Positions 58,042-64,000 of a stretch of DNA of 64,000 nt are shown here, piece by piece. The notes under the pieces were generated by a model. It was not told the origin of the DNA, did not search any database, and worked only from the letters and a program-made list of their open reading frames with translations. Within the stretch, counting starts at the first letter, position 1; each line of letters starts with the position of its first letter. Location of the stretch: the IMG/VR virus record IMGVR_UViG_3300027908_000026; one strand, given 5' to 3'. Source of the DNA: a virus. The position numbers and the translations under genes are program-made.

Positions 58042-58316
58042 AGTAATGTCTTATAATGATCTGGTAAATGTTTGTATCCCAATTCTATTAGAGCAGCATC
58101 CATGTACTGCATCGTTTCTTCAAGGGAATCGAATTTCTGCTGCGTCATCATCATAATATCGCCATACATATGTAGAACAAAATGTTTGGAAGTTTCGTGC
58201 TTGATAATAAATGCTATGCAGGCGCCATGTATATCGCAGCAGCGCCATATATTATAGGATGTTCCAGAAGGAGTTTTATATTCTCCGCCGTAGTTTGCCG
58301 TAAAGAATGCTTTCAT
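58038..58316 (-). CDS. C-tag protein, GYK...KxLL family
   Basis: MKAFF; ends GYKHLPDHYKTLL*. Confidence 0.78.
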   Translation of the reverse strand: MKAFFTANYGGEYKTPSGTSYNIWRCCDIHGACIAFIIKHETSKHFVLHMYGDIMMMTQQKFDSLEETMQYMDAALIELGYKHLPDHYKTLL

Positions 58317-58561
58317 AGTAGACAACGTAATTTCATTACGTCCTCGTAATATTCTGGATATTCTGTTTTAATCACAGCAAATATAATATCCATAAGATCA
58401 GAATGTGTAGAAAAACGAGCTTCCTGCGACCAAATGTTTATAATACTTAGCAGTGTAAACTTCATATTGAATGATTCTTTTCCCATCTGCATGTTAATGT
58501 ATTTCTTTGTAATAGTTCTGCATTGCTCAAATGCAAGTTGTTTTTGTTGTTCATTCATCAT
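58313..58561 (-). CDS. C-tag protein, helical type
   Basis: Ends EYPEYYEDVMKLRCLL*. Confidence 0.75.
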   Translation of the reverse strand: MMNEQQKQLAFEQCRTITKKYINMQMGKESFNMKFTLLSIINIWSQEARFSTHSDLMDIIFAVIKTEYPEYYEDVMKLRCLL

Positions 58562-58571
58562 GTGTGCACCA

Positions 58572-58700
58572 TCAGATAAGTAATGAGAGCTTCTCTAGCA
58601 TCATAAGTTGTTTTGGGTAGTCCTGCAGCAGTGCATCTATTGCGCATCGTGAGAATATAACCAGTCTACGGCATGCTGCTATATAATAAACAAATGAAAA
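58572..58700 (-). pseudogene. Start-less C-tag remnant
   Basis: ...AIDALLQDYPKQLMMLEKLSLLI*, close to EALRDYPEELATLEKLIVLL* of 52208..52480. Confidence 0.55.
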
Positions 58701-58903
58701 CTATTACAATAGATGAGATGATAACAAGATTCGAAATGGCGCGCCAAGAGGAAGAGCTTCATAGATGGATGGTCGAAGCAATCCGCAGGTTTGTCAAGCA
58801 GCATATAAATAACAAGCAAATGATGGATATGTTTATTGAGATGGTTAAGAAAGAATATCCGAATTATTTGGGATATGTAGAGAAGATAATGGTATTGGTA
58901 TGA
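58694..58903 (+). CDS. C-tag protein, helical type
   Basis: Ends EYPNYLGYVEKIMVLV*. Confidence 0.75.
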   Translation: MKTITIDEMITRFEMARQEEELHRWMVEAIRRFVKQHINNKQMMDMFIEMVKKEYPNYLGYVEKIMVLV

Positions 58904-58905
58904 AC

Positions 58906-59172
58906 TTAAAGTAGTATCATATATTTCTCATACATCGGTAGTTTACCTTTATGTTTCAAAGCTGCAAGGAAATAGCTATGAGAACGGGAGTTGTAGTATA
59001 TATCGTTCATGCGATTCTTATATCGTAGCACATTCTGCTTGATAAAAGAGTCAGAAATTATCCGTTCATAGAATTCAATCCAACATTCAGTATTACCATT
59101 ATAGTCAGTGTAATGCTCCATCCCATAGCAGTTGCAGCATTGTTCTAAACCAGCTTCGACGCAAGTGTTCAT
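58906..59172 (-). CDS. C-tag protein, Cys-rich CxxxGL family
   Basis: CVEAGLEQCCNC...ECW; ends MYEKYMILL*. Confidence 0.78.
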   Translation of the reverse strand: MNTCVEAGLEQCCNCYGMEHYTDYNGNTECWIEFYERIISDSFIKQNVLRYKNRMNDIYYNSRSHSYFLAALKHKGKLPMYEKYMILL

Positions 59173-59310
59173 ATAGGAGAGTATAACCATCCTGCAGTAC
59201 GCTGCTATATAGAATGATGATGAATTGTAAAACTTTGGGAGTACAACCATCCTATTGCTGCTGTAAAGTTATGTATTACAGAATCTTGCATTGTGATTTA
59301 TTGGTATAAT

Positions 59311-59559
59311 ATGGAAGTAAAGATAAATAAAGTCGTTCGTAGCGTAGAGTACAGTTGGCCGGATAAAGAAAAAATCTTCTATCTAACAATAGACAATGAC
59401 TCATCGTGGGTTTACGCAATAAATTACAGTAAAGGTATAACTAGTTTGTATCTTATAAATGAGTATATCAAGTTTTCATTTCCGATTGTGATTGAGTTAG
59501 ATGAGAGCAGTCCTTGTAGTAGCATTGAACGGCTTGAGAAATTGTGCGTTCTTACTTAA
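59311..59559 (+). CDS. C-tag protein (last AT-rich gene)
   Basis: Ends PCSSIERLEKLCVLT*, similar to end of 53605..53844. Confidence 0.75.
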   Translation: MEVKINKVVRSVEYSWPDKEKIFYLTIDNDSSWVYAINYSKGITSLYLINEYIKFSFPIVIELDESSPCSSIERLEKLCVLT

Positions 59560-59574
59560 TTTGTTTTGTTATCA

Positions 59575-59610
59575 TTCTAAAGACGGTAAAATAATTTTGG
59601 TACTTTAGAA
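59575..59610. terminator. Inverted repeat at the AT/GC boundary
   Basis: TTCTAAAG...CTTTAGAA with inner AAAAT-A-ATTTT. Confidence 0.4.
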
Positions 59611-59644
59611 AGCGATTTTGCTGCATATCTATCCTTCGGGGAGG

Positions 59645-59699
59645 CCCCTCTCCCACCCACACCCACCTCACACGCGACCCTCTCACCCTTCCCGACCCC
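59645..59699 (-). other. Two tandem canonical G-quadruplex motifs on the minus strand
   Basis: GGGTGTGGGTGGGAGAGGGG (59645-59664) and GGGGTCGGGAAGGGTGAGAGGG (59678-59699). Confidence 0.65.
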
Positions 59700-60280
59700 G
59701 CAAGACTCTTCCCCACAACCTGAGAAACCATCCCACAAATTTCCGCTTTTACTGCAATCGTTTTTATCTTGCAATGTATTCTCTTTTCGCATATTCTCCC
59801 ACATTCCGCTTCGGACCCGATTGCAATTCACTACGTGTAGGTAAAGCAACTGCATACAATACCGCTCCCCCTACCTATACGTTCTATCGTTCAGTCCTGA
59901 TACAACGTGCTGCTATCCACCTTAGCAGTATGACAGCCGCGCCCCTCTCATGCAGGAGTCACGCGCCATCCCTGCCATACCCTCTGCAATCTTTGCGGAC
60001 CCCATACCACATCTGACTAGAGTCCACTACTACTGTCTACATCGACCCACACTATGCCACCAATCGGCTACGGCAGAGCTTGACCCGGATGCGAGCGCCT
60101 AGGCGGTCTTTATACATTCGCATCCGCCTCCCTATGCAACACCACGCGGGAGCCCCGAAAGCCTCCCATATCCCGGAATACGGACTGCGTTTGCCACTTT
60201 CGTTTGATGCCCCCGCGGCAGCCCGGCGAAGGGACAACATACAGTATACTACTCATATGCTAACAGCCTACATCTCATAC

Positions 60281-60565
60281 CTAATTGATCACTAACACCT
60301 TGCGCCCCTCGTACAAGTGTCTAGGTTGACGATACCAGCTGGTTGCTGGGGCGGGGCGGTTGTCCTGCTGGGGTTGCCTACACCGGCCCCACTGCTCTTT
60401 CAAAACTGAATAGTCGCACATGGTGAGAGAGTGAAAGCTCTTTCTTGCTAGTGTAGTGAATACCGCGCCTGTCTCGTCAGTGTCGCAAAGGTAGCACGAA
60501 GTAGGAAGAGTGAATACCTCAGCAAGTAATGTGTGCCGGTAGTCCCGAGACTCATAGTCTCCCAC
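60281..60565 (-). CDS. Hypothetical protein (GC-rich module)
   Basis: 94-aa ORF; CYLC. Confidence 0.5.
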   Translation of the reverse strand: MGDYESRDYRHTLLAEVFTLPTSCYLCDTDETGAVFTTLARKSFHSLTMCDYSVLKEQWGRCRQPQQDNRPAPATSWYRQPRHLYEGRKVLVIN

Positions 60566-60918
60566 TACCGTTCAGGCAAGATAGGGAATGTAAGATAGTG
60601 TGAACCTCTAAAGGCACATTAGATTACACGACGCCTTGAGCCTGCTACGCCAGATGTAAGACATACAGTGTAACGTCCTATGCTCCTGGCGCCCGAAAAC
60701 ATAAGGGAATCAACTACATATACCACACTGTCGAGGTATGTCGTAAGCTCTATGACATACTGCACGTAAAGCATACAATCTAAACACCAGGTGTGAGCGG
60801 CTGTAGTATATGCCGCTCCCTTGGCCAGAGTATATAATGCAACGTGGGATAACACCCACTGGTGTTTTATGTATTGCGGCCAGGGCAAACAAGCTCAAGT
60901 GTAGGAGGGAGTAGGACA

Positions 60919-61119
60919 ATGAACGGAATCTGGATACTTCGGCATCGTACGCTTGGGATGAGACTGCTTGTGTGCCGGGGTGCTACGCTCTGTAAAGCTG
61001 ACATTGCGGCACTTGAGGATGCAGGGTGGGATGTTTCATACGGGGAGTATGGGAGTGCTTGTGATACTGCTGGTGTGAGAGACTTCGTTAGCAGGGCGGT
61101 TGAGGCGACGAAGTCGTAG
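60919..61119 (+). CDS. Hypothetical protein
   Basis: GGAG-rich RBS, ACAATG start. Confidence 0.55.
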   Translation: MNGIWILRHRTLGMRLLVCRGATLCKADIAALEDAGWDVSYGEYGSACDTAGVRDFVSRAVEATKS

Positions 61120-61336
61120 GGTACCGGGAGGGATGAGCGGAAGACTGGAGAAGCAAGCTTACCGGCCCTAATGACCTACCCGTGTGGTCCTTCGTGCGCT
61201 GTCAATATTCCCATAGGTTCAAAACCGACATGGGGTGGGTGGGGGCTTTAGACCCCACCGGCATTCTCCACACATATCCTATTAGGTGAAACAGCCACCT
61301 ACATATACAGAAAAAACCCCGAGGTTTCAACCCACA

Positions 61337-61462
61337 ATGGATCTCACCGGCCTACAAGATGCGATAATGCACCCCGCGTATGCTTATGTGCACGATTGGC
61401 GTGCATGGTGCGCAGAGGTTGCAATCTGGCGACGTGCGCTTTACACTTGCACGGCACGATAA
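61337..61462 (+). CDS. Small hypothetical protein (41 aa)
   Basis: MDLTGLQDAIMHPAY...; start context ACAATGGATCTC shared with 61941 and 63290. Confidence 0.45.
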   Translation: MDLTGLQDAIMHPAYAYVHDWRAWCAEVAIWRRALYTCTAR

Positions 61463-61467
61463 CAATC

Positions 61468-61565
61468 GACGGTGCGCACACTGCTGTAGGTGCAAAGGCC
61501 ACGTTCATGGGGCCATCCTACATACAGCTGATGGGTGCATGTGGGTTCGACTCCTACCACCGTCT
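61468..61565 (+). ncRNA. tRNA-like RNA with canonical acceptor stem and T arm but non-canonical D/anticodon region
   Basis: GACGGTG/CACCGTC 7-bp stem + discriminator T; GTGGG-TTCGACT-CCTAC T arm; intergenic; no CCA encoded. Confidence 0.7.
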
Positions 61566-61589
61566 CTAACTGCAACGAAAGGAACCCAC

Positions 61590-61847
61590 ATGACACCCCG
61601 TTTGACAGCACTCGTCTACACATTCTCCTTTGGTGGGAAACATCCCCTCTGGCACGCACGGCACCCTAGCTTTCCCAACATCATCGGTGCGGGTGGCAGT
61701 GCGGAGCGTGCTGGTAAGGACTGGCAGCGCACCTACAGACTCCTAGATGCACGTAAGGGATTGATGCCTACAGCAGTCGCTATTACCCTGCATTATCAGG
61801 AAGGTGAGCCCTGCCTGTCAGTGCGGTTCGACATGTCAGAGGGTTGA
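61590..61847 (+). CDS. Hypothetical protein
   Basis: AAAGGA RBS before MTPRLTALV. Confidence 0.65.
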   Translation: MTPRLTALVYTFSFGGKHPLWHARHPSFPNIIGAGGSAERAGKDWQRTYRLLDARKGLMPTAVAITLHYQEGEPCLSVRFDMSEG

Positions 61848-61940
61848 GGATAAGTGTTTACACCTTGCGCCTCTCACGGGGCGCAATAGTAAGCTTTCAT
61901 CCCACACAACACTACAACGTCAGTAAACGAGGAACACACA

Positions 61941-62474
61941 ATGGATCTCTCTAACGACAGCGTCTCCACCGAGCCCACCAGCACCGACACGACCCCCGAT
62001 GCGCCTGCTGGCGGTGATTCTCCCACCACGTCGCCTGCTTCCCCCGAGGGTGCGAAGCGCGTGCACACGAGCCCCCGGGTTATCATGGGCGCGGAATTCC
62101 AGATGTGCATCAGCTCTCTGCGTACCAAGTGGGAGGCGGAGGCAGACAGTGCGAGCAAGACCGACGTTCTCTCCGTGCTCGGCATCCTGTCTGACAGCGT
62201 GCAAACTCTTACGACGGGTGGACACCCGAAGGGGGAGCGTGGTAAGCCTGGTCGTCCTGCTGGCCCTGTCAACCCACTGAAGGGTAAGAATCACTATTGC
62301 GGGCGTGTGGGTGAGACTGGCGAATACGTGTACATCAATACGGAGGGCAAGCCCCCGACGCCTGCGAATTACTCAACGCTTTCAAGGGTTTACGGTCCTT
62401 TCCGGACCGAGGATGGGGCTCGTTATTGCGTGTCGCACCCTGACGCACTCGAAGGGAAGAACCGGGTTTTTTAG
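61941..62474 (+). CDS. Hypothetical protein with Ser/Thr/Pro-rich disordered N-terminus
   Basis: GAGGA RBS; 177-aa ORF. Confidence 0.7.
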   Translation: MDLSNDSVSTEPTSTDTTPDAPAGGDSPTTSPASPEGAKRVHTSPRVIMGAEFQMCISSLRTKWEAEADSASKTDVLSVLGILSDSVQTLTTGGHPKGERGKPGRPAGPVNPLKGKNHYCGRVGETGEYVYINTEGKPPTPANYSTLSRVYGPFRTEDGARYCVSHPDALEGKNRVF

Positions 62475-62551
62475 TACATCATCCCACATCCTGCCCCTAA
62501 GGTATACTTGGGGGCAGCAGTGGGCTTCTGTATGCAAAGGAAGGTACTACA

Positions 62552-62740
62552 ATGAACCGATGGGAGTACATGGTCTCTCGTGTGGATGCAAACAAGGATA
62601 TTGGTAGCATCGAAACCCACATCGACGAGCATGGTGGAGATGGGTGGGAGCTTGTGAGCGTGATCCGCACCACATGGGAGTCTCCCCGAGACAGCGGTGC
62701 ATCCTACATGCTGTTTTACAAGCGGCAGAAGGTGGCATAA
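62552..62740 (+). CDS. DUF4177-like small protein
   Basis: RWEYMV...GGDGWELVSV...MLFYKR. Confidence 0.7.
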   Translation: MNRWEYMVSRVDANKDIGSIETHIDEHGGDGWELVSVIRTTWESPRDSGASYMLFYKRQKVA

Positions 62741-62937
62741 TGATCACTGTATCCGACCTCAAAGATCAAACAAGCAAGGGAAGCCGCGTGCCAGTCCTAC
62801 ACTGTAAGTGCTGCGGCACCGACTGCAGCGCAAACGCAGTGGACTACTTCTCATATCCACCTACATACCCCTTCACCTGCTGCGATAAGCCAATGATTCT
62901 CGCGGTTCGCAAGGTCGTGTATGAGGAGGTGCGATAA
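62740..62937 (+). CDS. Small Cys-rich protein
   Basis: TAATG coupling; CKCC...CC. Confidence 0.65.
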   Translation: MITVSDLKDQTSKGSRVPVLHCKCCGTDCSANAVDYFSYPPTYPFTCCDKPMILAVRKVVYEEVR

Positions 62938-63284
62938 TGCCTGTTTTCAACCGTTTTGATGTGTGCGAGGCTTACGCCGCTTTCGCGCTATTGTGGGGCC
63001 CTCAGACCCCAATTAGCGTACGTTTGCACCGAATTCGCTATAGTCTGCCATACAATTGGCGACTGGAGGACATGTCGGAGAACGCTAAGGAGATCTACGG
63101 AATGTGTGTGAAAACCCACAACCGCTACGGTCGCCTACTTGTGGGTTTCGAACGCCTGCAAAGGCGTGCTCCCGACGTCGCAGGTAGTTGGATCGGCACT
63201 AACAACATGCCGGGAGGCAATGTGCGCACGTACCTACAGGGTCGCGGGCTCCTGGCCGCGGTCGAATGTATGTGCGAAAGGTGA
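62937..63284 (+). CDS. Hypothetical protein
   Basis: TAATG coupling, GAGGAGG RBS. Confidence 0.7.
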   Translation: MPVFNRFDVCEAYAAFALLWGPQTPISVRLHRIRYSLPYNWRLEDMSENAKEIYGMCVKTHNRYGRLLVGFERLQRRAPDVAGSWIGTNNMPGGNVRTYLQGRGLLAAVECMCER

Positions 63285-63289
63285 ATACA

Positions 63290-63583
63290 ATGGATCTCAA
63301 AGCAGCATTAGACGCACTTGGTAGTACAAAAGACGCGATTGCACGTACACTTCGCGACAAGGGGATCAAAGGTGAGCGTAGGAGCGCCTGCAATTGCCCC
63401 ATCGCACAATACCTCCGTACATGTGGGTGGAGTGGGTGGAGTAGAGTAGAGGTATCCGGCCGTGGTGTAAGCGCATACGATGACCTCGCGCCCCCGGTGC
63501 GGGTTTCCTTACCTGCTGCCGTGTTCTCGTTCGTTCTGGCCTTCGATGGGGGATGCTATCCCGAATTGGAGGCGTTCTGCTGA
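63290..63583 (+). CDS. Hypothetical protein
   Basis: AAGGTG RBS; GIKG...CNCPIAQYL. Confidence 0.7.
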   Translation: MDLKAALDALGSTKDAIARTLRDKGIKGERRSACNCPIAQYLRTCGWSGWSRVEVSGRGVSAYDDLAPPVRVSLPAAVFSFVLAFDGGCYPELEAFC

Positions 63584-63597
63584 TAGCTGTTTACATA

Positions 63598-63627
63598 CTG
63601 CCACCGAGGGACAGCCTTTGGTGGCAG
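63598..63627. terminator. 13-bp hairpin (with G-U pairs) after 63290..63583
   Basis: CTGCCACC-GAGGG-acag-CCTTT-GGTGGCAG. Confidence 0.45.
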
Positions 63628-63701
63628 AAGTAAGCAATTGTCTCCCTTGTTTTTACTCGGCCCCGTGATTATCATGGTGGTCCCGAAAGGCAGAATCTAC
63701 A

Positions 63702-64000
63702 ATGTCGGATAACATCGCTGAAGTGATCTCAAAGGTTCGTAAGCTCGTCGCCCTCAGTGAAGGGAATACGAACGAAAACGAGGCGAAAGCCGCTCGTGCT
63801 GCCGCGGATCGGTTGATTCAGGAGCATCGTATCTCACAAGCTGTGCTCGAAGCGGCTGGCAGCATACATTGCGAGCCATTCGCGCGCAAGGTTGTGCGCG
63901 AGGGTGGTCGTCGTGTTGCTTGGCAGGAGGTTCTCCTACACGAGCTCTGCACGCACTACGGTGGGGCTTTCTACTTCGAGTCGTACCGTGTGGGTGGAGA
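63702..64000 (+). CDS. DUF2786-like protein, runs off window end
   Basis: MSDNIAEVISKVRKLVALSEGNTNENEAKAARAAADRLIQEH; absent from ORF track because no stop. Confidence 0.75.
   Translation, partial: MSDNIAEVISKVRKLVALSEGNTNENEAKAARAAADRLIQEHRISQAVLEAAGSIHCEPFARKVVREGGRRVAWQEVLLHELCTHYGGAFYFESYRVGG

Noticed and set aside
37480-59559. Diversity-generating retroelement or integron as the source of the paralog diversity
   Set aside because: No reverse transcriptase, TR/VR pair with adenine-specific differences, integrase or attC-like repeats; paralogs differ at all bases.
37480-59559. C-tag as an artefact of RBS or ATGA overlap constraints
   Set aside because: ATGA only needs a final codon ending in A; tail codons are pyrimidine-rich rather than RBS-like; tags also occur on genes with no coupled neighbour; coupled genes elsewhere lack the tag.
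47145-59559. Toxin-antitoxin pairing among small genes
   Set aside because: No consistent two-gene order between families and no recognisable toxin motifs.
59577-60295. ORFs 59577..59855, 59618..60016, 60052..60240, 60080..60295
   Set aside because: Low-complexity translations driven by C/G skew, with no RBS or recognisable motif.
61468-61565. Selenocysteine or Met tRNA (TCA/CAT triplets in the interior)
   Set aside because: Neither triplet sits in a 7-nt loop closed by a 5-bp stem, and the Sec-type 8-bp acceptor and long D stem are absent.
61380-61847. 155-aa ORF as listed in the track
   Set aside because: The 5' half overlaps a 41-aa ORF and the tRNA-like element; a good RBS supports the start at 61590.
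1-64000. Stop-codon reassignment
   Set aside because: Conserved enzymes are full-length under code 11 and all three stops terminate genes.

Overview
This window looks like a segment of a large (jumbo-type) dsDNA bacteriophage genome; this is inferred from gene content, since no capsid, terminase or portal gene is present. 1-37.4 kb is AT-rich (roughly 30-35% GC by eye). It carries a glycosylation cluster, a tubulin/FtsZ-family GTPase, a lysin, replication genes (SF2 helicase, DnaC-like loader, DnaB), a sigma factor, nucleotide metabolism genes (RNR, ThyX, dUTPase, IMPDH/GMPR, HD hydrolase), host-like translation genes (IF-1, MAP) and several free-standing endonucleases. The standout is 37.5-59.6 kb: 48 short ORFs on both strands, from at least four unrelated-looking families, all ending in the same basic-then-hydrophobic C-terminal tail (e.g. 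LDKLLVLK, YEKLMVLA, HYKTLL; 'C-tag' below). The array also holds a 13-aa ORF that is little more than the tag and two start-less tag remnants. Six interspersed ORFs instead share an N-terminal LAxxF leader and lack the tag. At about 59.6 kb composition switches abruptly to roughly 50-60% GC. This part contains two G-quadruplex motifs, a structured non-coding tract, small early-type genes and a 98-nt tRNA-like RNA with a non-canonical body. All family calls rest on motifs read by eye; no database search or folding program was run.
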